A stretch of 64,000 bases of DNA. Source: Gemmatimonadales bacterium. Lineage in GTDB: Bacteria; Gemmatimonadota; Gemmatimonadetes; Gemmatimonadales; GWC2-71-9. The stretch covers positions 1-64,000 of the forward strand of contig JBDIWC010000007.1 in the NCBI GenBank assembly GCA_039794085.1, given 5' to 3'. A program made the translations under genes and the position numbers. Numbering within the stretch: the stretch's first letter is position 1; each line of letters opens with the position of its first letter. Shown one piece after another: positions 1 to 8,146 of this stretch. Under the pieces are notes generated by a model. The model saw only the letters and a list, made by a program, of their open reading frames with translations, had not been told where the DNA came from and did no database searches.

Positions 1-156
1 GAAGCCGGAAGAGCCCAACCCTGAAGTGGATGGACCCGTCTGGTGAACCCGAGCCAACTTGCTCCGTGGCCAAGCGGTTGGCGTTCCCCTGGGCGAAGGC
101 CCCGGGGAACCCACGCGACCCCGACGCACCTCTGTGGTTCCGGCTCGGTCGGCTTG

Positions 157-272
157 GGGAGTAGGGAATAGGGGGGACTGGGTGTTGGGAACTGGGAACT
201 GGGAACTGGGAACTGGGTGCTGGGTCCCGGGGAACGGCCCCGCCAATGCCCAACACTCAACACCCAATACCC
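157..272. repeat. Heptamer tandem array (GGGAGTA, GGGAATA, GGGGACT, GGGTGTT, GGGAACT x4, GGGTGCT) followed by a C-rich reverse arm
   Basis: GGGAACT x4 exact at 187-214; downstream CCAATGC CCAACAC TCAACAC CCAATAC is loosely complementary. Confidence 0.85.
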
Positions 273-536
273 GCTCCTATCAGTCTCGCGTTTTACGAGG
301 CATCGTCCTATTTTGGGACAGCGCCGGAGCAACCATCAGGGTGGCGCAACCATCAATGGCAACTCAAGTCTTTTCAAGACAATGCATTACAGCCCAACCT
401 CGTGGGGCAGTGCGAGGCTTTGCGTCATAGCACGGGGCTTGCCGTACTTGCTCCCGTCCCACCGGCTCGCGCCGGACCAACGCTCGATCATACCGCGTCG
501 CCCAGATGGCGTTTTTCTCCAGCGGAGGTTTCCCCG

Positions 537-1202
537 ATGGCCCTGAGCACCCGTGTCCTGTCCACTGTTGCCCTCGCGATGCTGGCGGGTGGGAGCATCG
601 CCCACGCACAGCGGGAAGACTCGTTCCGGTGGTACCTTGGCGCACAGGGTGGCGTCTTCATCTTTGAAACGCCGTCCCAGACCAGCACGTCGATCCCCTC
701 GGCCGGCATCCAGGCGCTGATCATCGCCAAGCGAACCGGCCTCCTGATTTCGGCCGAGGAGGGTATCGGCTCCAACGAGACTTCCATTTTTTCCGACCCG
801 ACCTCCGCCACCGGAACTCGTTCCGTGGTGTTCGACGACATCCGACGTTTCTCCGCAGTGCTCATGGCCTTTCCCGTGACCGGGAAGGTGGAGCCCTACC
901 TGGGTGTGGGCGTCGGCTTGATGCATGTGGTCCGTCCCGACGTCCCCGGAGTTTTCGCATCTCCCACCGAGGCCGCAGACGCGATTGACGAGGCGGAGGA
1001 CCGGGGGAGCACCGGGTTCGGCACCGGCGTGGCGGGATTGCAGTTCTGGCTCACCCGCGGAGTGCGCGGATTCGTTCAGTATCAGATCACCACGAGCCCC
1101 TCGGACAGCAAGCTGTTCACCTCCTCCTCGCACACCATCGGGGCCGGACTGCGCTTTTCGCTGGGGAGCGCCCGCGAAGGGCCGCGGGGCGGCGGCTACT
1201 GA
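537..1202 (+). CDS. Exported outer-membrane beta-barrel-like protein
   Basis: GGAGG RBS before ATG 537; signal peptide ending AHA|Q; WYLGAQGG, VEPYLGVGVG and C-terminal GAGLRF beta-strand patterns. Confidence 0.75.
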   Translation: MALSTRVLSTVALAMLAGGSIAHAQREDSFRWYLGAQGGVFIFETPSQTSTSIPSAGIQALIIAKRTGLLISAEEGIGSNETSIFSDPTSATGTRSVVFDDIRRFSAVLMAFPVTGKVEPYLGVGVGLMHVVRPDVPGVFASPTEAADAIDEAEDRGSTGFGTGVAGLQFWLTRGVRGFVQYQITTSPSDSKLFTSSSHTIGAGLRFSLGSAREGPRGGGY

Positions 1203-1327
1203 GCCGTCTTCCCGGTGGTATCTTCCGACTCCCGCACCAGGCGGGAGTCAGGGTCCGGGGAGACTACGGAATCCATTCAGGTTCCTCCGGGTCTGGCACT
1301 CTGAAAGCCAACCGCGTTCGTGGTTGG

Positions 1328-1496
1328 AACCACGAAAAACACGAAAGACACCAACGGATCATCTTCGGAGAACCTCTGTGGTTCTTCAGGGGTGTGGCAT
1401 GGGATCACGTTCAGGGCGAGGCGGTGGAAGTGGATCGCGATGCGCCCCGCCTCACCAGGGAGTCACCTTTCGTGTTTTTCGTGTCGTTTCGTGGTT
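1328..1496. repeat. Inverted-repeat element built from CACGAAA units
   Basis: AACCACGAAAAACACGAAAGACAC at 1328 and TTTCGTGTTTTTCGTGTCGTTTCGTGGTT at 1468-1496. Confidence 0.75.
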
Positions 1497-2055
1497 GAAC
1501 TTCCAGGACGTAGCGCAGGGGCCAGTCCACCGCCTTGCTGATTCCAATTCGGGGAGTCTCCCGGATCGCTCCCGCCACCGGGAGAGACCCATCCCGCCTC
1601 ACCACCACCTCGGACGACGCCATCGGAACGCCATTGAGCGCGCGCGTGATGCCCAGGGCCTGGCAGAGTTTGCCAGGTCCTGACGTCAGGTGCCTGTCGG
1701 GCTGACCCCGGCGCCGGAGTCGCATCGTGGGGAGACCCTCCCGGGGCATCACGGCGCGCAGCAGCACGGCCGCCCCGGCGTCGGGGGGGCCGGTCACCAG
1801 ATTGCAGCACCAGTGAATGCCGTAGGAGCGGTAGACATACCAGGATCCGGGAGGTGACCAGATCCCGGCGTTGGCTGCGGTCCGCCGTCCCCTGAAGGCA
1901 TGGGAGGCGGGGTCCTCCCTCCCGAGGTACGCCTCGGTCTCCACGATCCACCCCGAGGTGGTGTCCCCTCCGCAGCGGGACACCAGCGTCATGCCGAGCA
2001 GTTCCCGCGCGATGACGGGGGCGGGCCGTTCGAAGAACCGGCGGGGTAGCGTCAT
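1411..2055 (-). CDS. mpg: DNA-3-methyladenine glycosylase (MPG/AAG family)
   Basis: IVETEAYLG, DPASHA, YVYRSYGIHWC, AVLLRA, GPGKLCQALGI, TPRIGIS motifs. Confidence 0.95.
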   Translation of the reverse strand: MTLPRRFFERPAPVIARELLGMTLVSRCGGDTTSGWIVETEAYLGREDPASHAFRGRRTAANAGIWSPPGSWYVYRSYGIHWCCNLVTGPPDAGAAVLLRAVMPREGLPTMRLRRRGQPDRHLTSGPGKLCQALGITRALNGVPMASSEVVVRRDGSLPVAGAIRETPRIGISKAVDWPLRYVLEVQPRNDTKNTKGDSLVRRGASRSTSTASP

Positions 2056-3782
2056 CCGTTCCCGGAATCAGCCGCCTTCTTCGTGACCGCCTTGGACCGC
2101 CCCCGTCCCCGGGTCCCCCGCGAGGGAGTGGGAGCCGCCTCCTTCCCCGGAGCCGCTTCCGTCTTCGGGGACGCGGCCGCCGGGCGGGAAGACTTCTTCT
2201 TGCGCGCGGGCCTTGCCGCCGTGGCTGGAGTGCTCCCCGCCGCGGCCTTTTCCCCTTCGGTCGGTGAGGCCGACCCCACCGTCTTCGTGTCGGCGCTCTT
2301 GCTCTTCCGTCCCCCCCGTTTCCGCTTGGCCTTCGCTCTGGGTGCCTCCGCTTCAGCACCGGACGCCGCCGGGGAATCGGAGGGTTCCCCGGTCGCGGGT
2401 GCCGGAGAGGAGGAGACCATGCCCACGAGAGGCACGTCGGCCAAGGATCGTGGCCCCCTCGAACCCCGCCGGAACCGGAGCGCGGCGCGTCCCTGAGTGA
2501 CGGGAGCGGAGGGAGAGGGAGAGGGAGAGGGACTCGGAGCCTCGGCCGCCGACGCTCCGGATGTCTCCGCCTCGGCCGGTGCCCTGGTGGCCGCGGGCTC
2601 GCTCGCCCGCGCGCCCCGGGAGAGCGCCGCGTCGGTCCGATGCGGGTTGACCTCGAAGCTGTCGTCCGGGGTCCGCCGTACGTCCGCCACCTCGGCATCG
2701 TTGGCTTGCCGCAGCAACCGGGAGAAACGATCCTCCTGCAGCAGGGGGTCATCACTCCCGTGCAGGTCCCGCATCCGCGACCGGAGCGCGGCTTCCGGCG
2801 CGGGGAGGTCGAGTTCACCCAGCGCGCGGGTGAGCAGATGGAAGGCACTGGCCAGACTCAACCCGCCGGGCGCGCGCGGTGGTTGTGTCGGCCGAGCCGC
2901 CGGAGCAGCGGCGGCGCGTTCCCCGTCGGCGGGGCGACGCTCCTCCTCCCCGGCACGACCCCGGCCCCGGCGGCTGCGGCTTGGACGACGGCGGCTGGAG
3001 GGCGCCTCCCCCTCCTCCTCGAGCGCGGAAGTCGACGCGGCGGCGGTGGACGCGGCCGCGGCGGGGCCTCCGGAGCGGGCCACCTCATACTGACCGTTCT
3101 CGAGGCGGGTCACCGCGATCAGCCCCTTGGTGGCGGCTTCGGTCACGAAGCGGCTGAAGCGGCTGAATCCCGCGTTCCGCTCGTCGAAGTTGGGATCGAT
3201 CTGCTGCATCACCTGCTTGAGCCGGTCGGACCGCATCACGTCCCGGTTACGGGCCATCTGGTCCACCGCCTCGACCACGAGTTCCCAGGGGTCGCGCTGG
3301 ACCGACGGCGTGTCCGCCTCGCGGGTGAGCCCGGCCAGGTCCGAGTAGCTGTAGTACTCGTCGCAATTCTGGATCAGGAGGTCGCTCGCCGACTCCCGGA
3401 TCCCGACCCCGATCACGTACTTCCCGTACTCCTTGAGCTTCAGCACCAGGGAGGAGAAGTCGCTGTCGCCGCTGAGCAGGATGATGGTGCCGATTTCGGG
3501 ACGGGTGAAGACGAGCTCGATCGCATCCACCGCGAGGCGAATGTCCGTGGCGTTCTTCTTGTTGGTTCCGAAGGCGGGGGCGAAGATCAGGTCGATGGAC
3601 GATTCGGACAGGGGCACGATGTACTGCGGGTAGCGCCGCCAGTCGGCGTAGGCCCGCTGCACCGCCACCTTCCCCTTGATGATGTCGCTGTTCAGGAGGG
3701 TGCGGAGTTCCTTGGTCAGGTCGGACCGGACACCAAGGGTGACGTTGTCGAAGTCGATGAGGAGGGCCGCATGGGGTGCCAT
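2052..3782 (-). CDS. NYN (LabA/DUF88) domain protein with LOTUS/OST-HTH domain and low-complexity basic tail
   Basis: LLIDFDNV, RAYADW, KNATDIRLAVDA, LLSGDSDF motifs; DPNFDERNAGFSRFS; start trimmed from the long ORF. Confidence 0.9.
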   Translation of the reverse strand: MAPHAALLIDFDNVTLGVRSDLTKELRTLLNSDIIKGKVAVQRAYADWRRYPQYIVPLSESSIDLIFAPAFGTNKKNATDIRLAVDAIELVFTRPEIGTIILLSGDSDFSSLVLKLKEYGKYVIGVGIRESASDLLIQNCDEYYSYSDLAGLTREADTPSVQRDPWELVVEAVDQMARNRDVMRSDRLKQVMQQIDPNFDERNAGFSRFSRFVTEAATKGLIAVTRLENGQYEVARSGGPAAAASTAAASTSALEEEGEAPSSRRRPSRSRRGRGRAGEEERRPADGERAAAAPAARPTQPPRAPGGLSLASAFHLLTRALGELDLPAPEAALRSRMRDLHGSDDPLLQEDRFSRLLRQANDAEVADVRRTPDDSFEVNPHRTDAALSRGARASEPAATRAPAEAETSGASAAEAPSPSPSPSPSAPVTQGRAALRFRRGSRGPRSLADVPLVGMVSSSPAPATGEPSDSPAASGAEAEAPRAKAKRKRGGRKSKSADTKTVGSASPTEGEKAAAGSTPATAARPARKKKSSRPAAASPKTEAAPGKEAAPTPSRGTRGRGRSKAVTKKAADSGNG

Positions 3783-4057
3783 CGGCACCGGGGACGGCAG
3801 GGGATATCGTCCCGGCCGCGAGGGAGGTACGTTCACAGGGGTGTCTTCTCTCCGGGGCGCCGACCAACTGGCATCCGGGCCCGCGTCCCGATCGGGACGA
3901 ACAGGTCCAGGACCGGCTGGGCCGGCGCCCTCACGTGTTGTAGCACCGCGGCGCCCATCGCCGCGGCGGGTGCCATTCCGATCCGGGGACATCCCGGCAG
4001 GGTGTCGGATGGCGGGTGATCCCGGCACGGGGCATGGCCCCACCGGGATCTGCGCGG

Positions 4058-5179
4058 TCAGAAGATAACAGGACGGGCCGCCAGCAGCGACTCCATCACC
4101 CGTTCCCCCGCCTTGCCGTCCCACCCCTCGGGACGCCGGAACCGGGCCGGGCCCGCCTTCCGGACCGTCTCGAATCCGGCACGCACTTCCGCCGCGGTGG
4201 AGCCGATCAGCCGGTTGGTGCCCTCGGTGATCGTCACCGGCCGTTCGGTGTTGGGGCGCGCGGTCAGGCAGGGCACGCCCAGGACGGTGGTCTCCTCCTG
4301 GAGTCCTCCCGAATCGGTGATGACCAGGGCGGCGCTCTCGACCAGGGAGATGGTTTCGAGGTAGCCCAGGGGGTCCCGCAACTGGACGGCCCCGGCCCGG
4401 GGCACCAGGTCGTGCTCCACCATCCGCTGCCGGGTCCGGGGGTGGACGGCGAAAATCACCGGCATCTGCCGCGCGATGGCCGCGAGCCCGTCGAGCAGTT
4501 CGCCGAGGACCTCGGGGTGATCCACATTGGACGGCCGGTGCAGGGTCACAAAGGCGTACCGGCCCGGTTCGACACCACAGTGAGCCGGCATGGCCAGTGT
4601 CCCGGCCCGCCCCCGGAGGGTCAGCAGGGTGTCGACCATCACGTTGCCCACGAAATGAACACGTTCGGGCGGAATGCCCTCGGCCTCCAGATTCCGGTCC
4701 GCATCGCGGCTCGGCGTGAGGAGGAGATCGGCCAGTTGATCGGTGACGATGCGGTTCAGTTCCTCGGGCATGCTCCGGTCCCGGCTGCGAAGGCCCGCTT
4801 CCACATGAGCCACGGGAACTCCCTTCTTGGCCGCCACCAGGGCACACGCCACCGTCGAGTTCACGTCGCCATACACCACGACCCAGTCGGGACGGTGCCG
4901 GTCCATCACCGGCTCGAAGCCGAGCATGATGCGCGCGGTCTGCTCGGCGTGGGTGCCGGGTCCGACCCCGAGGTGTTCGTCCGGATCGGGCAATCCAAGA
5001 TCGGCAAAGAAGCGGTCGCTCATCGCCGCATCGTAGTGCTGTCCGGTGTGCACCAGGACCTGCCGGACCCCCTCGTGAGCGCGGCCGGCCGAGAGAACGG
5101 GGGCCACCTTCATGAAGTTGGGGCGGGCCCCCACGACGTGCATGAGGGTCACGTCTTCCCCGAGGGTCGGAGGGATCAT
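4058..5179 (-). CDS. wecB: UDP-N-acetylglucosamine 2-epimerase (non-hydrolysing)
   Basis: VVGARPNFMK, HTGQHYD, HVEAGLRS, TDSGGLQEE, TERP motifs. Confidence 0.95.
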   Translation of the reverse strand: MIPPTLGEDVTLMHVVGARPNFMKVAPVLSAGRAHEGVRQVLVHTGQHYDAAMSDRFFADLGLPDPDEHLGVGPGTHAEQTARIMLGFEPVMDRHRPDWVVVYGDVNSTVACALVAAKKGVPVAHVEAGLRSRDRSMPEELNRIVTDQLADLLLTPSRDADRNLEAEGIPPERVHFVGNVMVDTLLTLRGRAGTLAMPAHCGVEPGRYAFVTLHRPSNVDHPEVLGELLDGLAAIARQMPVIFAVHPRTRQRMVEHDLVPRAGAVQLRDPLGYLETISLVESAALVITDSGGLQEETTVLGVPCLTARPNTERPVTITEGTNRLIGSTAAEVRAGFETVRKAGPARFRRPEGWDGKAGERVMESLLAARPVIF

Positions 5180-6261
5180 TCGGGGCCCTGCGCGGTCTCC
5201 GGGAGAGGCAGCGTGAAGGAGAAGCGGGTTCCTTCTCCTTCCCGGGTATCGACCAGGAGTTCGGCGCCCATGGCTTCCACCAGTTTCCGGCAGATCGAGA
5301 GGCCCAGCCCCGAGCCGGAGAAGGAGTACTCGCGCTCGCGCTGGCGGCGCCGGAACGGCTCGAACAGCATGGCCATCGCCTCGGGAGGAATGCCCCGGCC
5401 GGTGTCGCGCACCATGAAGGTGACGTCCTCTCCCGCATGCTCCTGCGCGGTGATCTCGACCCGGCCCTCATCGGTGAACTTGAGGGCGTTGGTGGCGAGG
5501 TTGAGGAGGATGCGATTGAGGGCCACCGGGTGTCCGATGCGAAAGGGCCGTGACGGGGTGACCAGGTCGACCTGCAGGCCCTTTTCCTCGGCAATAGGAA
5601 GGACGATGTCCCGCACCGCGACCAGGATGTCCCGGAGGGAGAACGGGAGGGGATCGAGGCCGACCAGACGATCCCCTCCCCGGGCCAGCTCGATCACGTC
5701 GCTGGCGACCGTGCTCAGCCCGAAGGCGGCGCTGTAGATCAGCCCCAACTGCCGTTCCTGCAGGGGAGTCACGGGGCCGCTGCGACCCCGTTGCAGCGTT
5801 TCGGCGAGAAAGAGGATCGAGGTCAGCGGGGAGCGGAGGTCATGGGCCACTTCCACCACGAGTTCGAGCCCGTCGGGGCTCTGGAGCTGGTCGGCAAATC
5901 GCTGGTCCCAGGCGGGTTCCAGCGTCGCGGAGAGAGCCTCCATGGCGCGCAAAAGGTTCAGAATATCGGCGGCGTCGGGTGGTGGCGTCAACGTGGCCGC
6001 CGCACGGACCACGGCGCGCCGCAGCAGCGTCACCAGATACCGCGACAGGGGAGTCGGGGACACCACCACTCCCTCTGGCGTCCCGGTGTCTTTGTCGAGG
6101 CCTACCAGCGTTAGACAGATACTCTCCACTGCGTGCTCCACCTCCGTCGCGGAGGCGGCATGGGATTGCACCGGGGTCCAGTCCGCGATCAAGCGTTGGG
6201 CAGCCTCGTGCAGGAGCCCCCGCAGGACCGGGGGGATGGATCGGGTGTCACTCTCCATCAC
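5176..6261 (-). CDS. Cytoplasmic sensor histidine kinase (HisKA + HATPase_c)
   Basis: AHDLRSPLTSI H-box, NLATNALKFT, DTGRGI, GSGLGLSIC; no clear TM segment. Confidence 0.93.
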   Translation of the reverse strand: MMESDTRSIPPVLRGLLHEAAQRLIADWTPVQSHAASATEVEHAVESICLTLVGLDKDTGTPEGVVVSPTPLSRYLVTLLRRAVVRAAATLTPPPDAADILNLLRAMEALSATLEPAWDQRFADQLQSPDGLELVVEVAHDLRSPLTSILFLAETLQRGRSGPVTPLQERQLGLIYSAAFGLSTVASDVIELARGGDRLVGLDPLPFSLRDILVAVRDIVLPIAEEKGLQVDLVTPSRPFRIGHPVALNRILLNLATNALKFTDEGRVEITAQEHAGEDVTFMVRDTGRGIPPEAMAMLFEPFRRRQREREYSFSGSGLGLSICRKLVEAMGAELLVDTREGEGTRFSFTLPLPETAQGPE

Positions 6262-7771
6262 CGGAGCCGGCGCGAACCACGTTGTGCTTGTCCATCAGGC
6301 GGTAGAGTGTGGTGCGGTCCACGTTGGCGAGGCGGGCGGCCTTGGACATGTTGCCCCCCGCCCGGGCCACCAGTTGCTGGAGGTACTCTCGCTCGAATTC
6401 GGAGATCACCCGTTCCTTGGCCACATGATAGGGGTCACCTGAGACGGTCACCCTGACCGCCGGACGGTCGGGGATGTCAGACGGAGAGTCGTCGTAGAGG
6501 GGGATGTCCACCGGTTCGATCACCTGGTCCGGCTCGACGAGGACGGCCACATGTTCGATGGTGTTCTGCAGTTCCCTGACGTTGCCGGGCCAGGGGCGCG
6601 ACCGAAGAAACGCGAGGGTATTCTCGCTCAAACGGGGCGCACGATCCGGCATCTGCCGGTGCCGGTGCCAGTAGTGGGTCAGGAAGTGGTTGGCCAGGAG
6701 GGGGATGTCCTCGAGGCGCCTTCTCAGGGGGGGGAGCTGGATGGGCACCACCCGCAGGCGGTAGAAGAGATCGCCCCGCAGGACGCCGCTCTCCACCGCT
6801 TCCTGCGGATCCCGGTTCGTGGCGGAGATGAACCGCACGTCCACCGTGGTGTCGTTGGATTCCGACCCGACCCGGCGCACCACCCCGTCCTGGATCACCC
6901 GGAGCAGTTTGGCCTGCAGGGTGAGCGGCATCTCGGTGAGCTCGTCGAGGAACAGGGTCCCGTTGTTGGCGGACTCCAGCAGACCCTGCTTTTCCCGGTC
7001 CGCCCCCGTGAACGCCCCCTTCCGGTGCCCGAACATCTCGGATTCGAGCAGGGGTTCCGGGAGGGCGGCGCAGTTGATCGCCACCATCGGCCGGCTGGAC
7101 CGCCGGCTGTGCTGGTGGACGAACTGGGCGATCACTTCCTTCCCGGTGCCACTCTCCCCGGAGATGAACACCGAGGCATCGGTCGGGGCCACCTTGCGGG
7201 CCAGCTCCACCGCCCGCCGGAACAGGGGCGAGATCCCGATCAACGGGAATGTGTCACTATGCGAATGGTGCTGCATCACCTGGAGCCGGAGGTCGTTCGC
7301 CTCCCGGCTCATCATCACTGCGTGCGACGCCCGTCCGATCAAGACCTGGAGATGGGTGGCCGAAAACGGCTTGGGGAGGTAGTCCCAGGCCCCGGCCCGC
7401 AACGCCTCCACACTGTTGGTGACGCTCGGATTGCCGGTCATGACCACCACAATCGTGTCCCGATGATGCTTCAGTGCGGTTCGAAGGATCTCCAGTCCGC
7501 TCACCTGAGACATATACAGATCAACCAGGATGATGTCGAAACGCTGATTGGCCGCCAGATCCCGCGCTTCCTCGCCGCGCCCCACCACCATGACCTTGTA
7601 CCCATCCATCTGCAGGACCGACGCACAACTTTCCCGGAGGGTGCGTTCGTCGTCGACGACCAGAACACGGATGCCCGCCTTGACCTCCGCTGGAATGGAC
7701 AAGGGGTCCCGCCCACCCGGGGTGCTTTCGGCTGATTCATTGGCGCCGTGGGCGCTGTCCTGTGCCGTCAC
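6248..7771 (-). CDS. Sigma54-dependent response regulator (REC-AAA+-Fis HTH), PrsR-like role
   Basis: VLVVDDE, GESGTGKE, GAFTGA, LFLDE, DLFYRL, WPGNVREL, GNMSKAARLANVDRTTLYR; start is GTG 7771 or ATG 7798. Confidence 0.95.
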   Translation of the reverse strand: MTAQDSAHGANESAESTPGGRDPLSIPAEVKAGIRVLVVDDERTLRESCASVLQMDGYKVMVVGRGEEARDLAANQRFDIILVDLYMSQVSGLEILRTALKHHRDTIVVVMTGNPSVTNSVEALRAGAWDYLPKPFSATHLQVLIGRASHAVMMSREANDLRLQVMQHHSHSDTFPLIGISPLFRRAVELARKVAPTDASVFISGESGTGKEVIAQFVHQHSRRSSRPMVAINCAALPEPLLESEMFGHRKGAFTGADREKQGLLESANNGTLFLDELTEMPLTLQAKLLRVIQDGVVRRVGSESNDTTVDVRFISATNRDPQEAVESGVLRGDLFYRLRVVPIQLPPLRRRLEDIPLLANHFLTHYWHRHRQMPDRAPRLSENTLAFLRSRPWPGNVRELQNTIEHVAVLVEPDQVIEPVDIPLYDDSPSDIPDRPAVRVTVSGDPYHVAKERVISEFEREYLQQLVARAGGNMSKAARLANVDRTTLYRLMDKHNVVRAGSGDGE

Positions 7772-7828
7772 TGTGTGCCACCTGTGGTGTACAGTCATCA
7801 AACTGTGGTACGATGTCTCTACCCCGGT

Positions 7829-7844
7829 GGCAGAAAGCGTGCCG
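7829..7844 (-). promoter_or_regulatory. Sigma54 -24/-12 promoter of the response regulator operon
   Basis: CGGCACGCTTTCTGCC, GG-N10-GC, just upstream of the start. Confidence 0.65.
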
Positions 7845-7903
7845 GGATCCGTGCACCGACCCTGTGAACCGACGCAAACATGCACCAGCAACAACTTACC
7901 ACC

Positions 7904-7940
7904 ATTGCCCAACCGCAACGAGGTGCAGCATGACCGCAAC
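7904..7940. promoter_or_regulatory. Tandem putative enhancer sites (GTTGC-N6-GCAAC-like)
   Basis: ATTGCCCAACCGCAAC (7904) and GCAGCATGACCGCAAC (7925), 21 bp apart, between divergent promoters. Confidence 0.6.
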
Positions 7941-8024
7941 ACATCGTGCAAATCGCCAGCCGATGACCGGTCTCGAGTCGATCCGACGTCCCAAAGCCCC
8001 CCTCCCGCCGGGGGTAGAGCCCCG

Positions 8025-8040
8025 CGGTCCAAGTATTGCA
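8025..8040 (+). promoter_or_regulatory. Sigma54 -24/-12 promoter of wzc
   Basis: CGGTCCAAGTATTGCA, GG-N10-GC with TTGC. Confidence 0.6.
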
Positions 8041-8146
8041 TTTGTCCGACAGGAACCCCCAAGTTACCGTGGATGCGGGCGGCAATCCTGGATCCGCGTT
8101 CCGGCACTTCGGAGGAGGCCTTCCGGCCAGCAACAAGAGAGCATTC

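Noticed and set aside
3..164. 3' end of an upstream CDS (...PLWFRLGRLGE*)
   Set aside because: Open frame only, 53 codons, no recognisable motif; cannot be supported without flanking sequence
428..443. Sigma54 promoter for the beta-barrel gene (TAGCACGGGGCTTGCC)
   Set aside because: Has AG instead of the near-invariant GG at -24, although the rest matches well
2508..2533. GAGGGA hexamer repeat as a contingency locus
   Set aside because: In-frame, encodes a PSPSPS linker in a disordered tail; length change would not shift the frame
3783..5594. N-terminal extension of the NYN protein (1180-aa ORF)
   Set aside because: Overlaps wecB and the kinase in another frame; Arg/Pro/Gly-rich GC shadow
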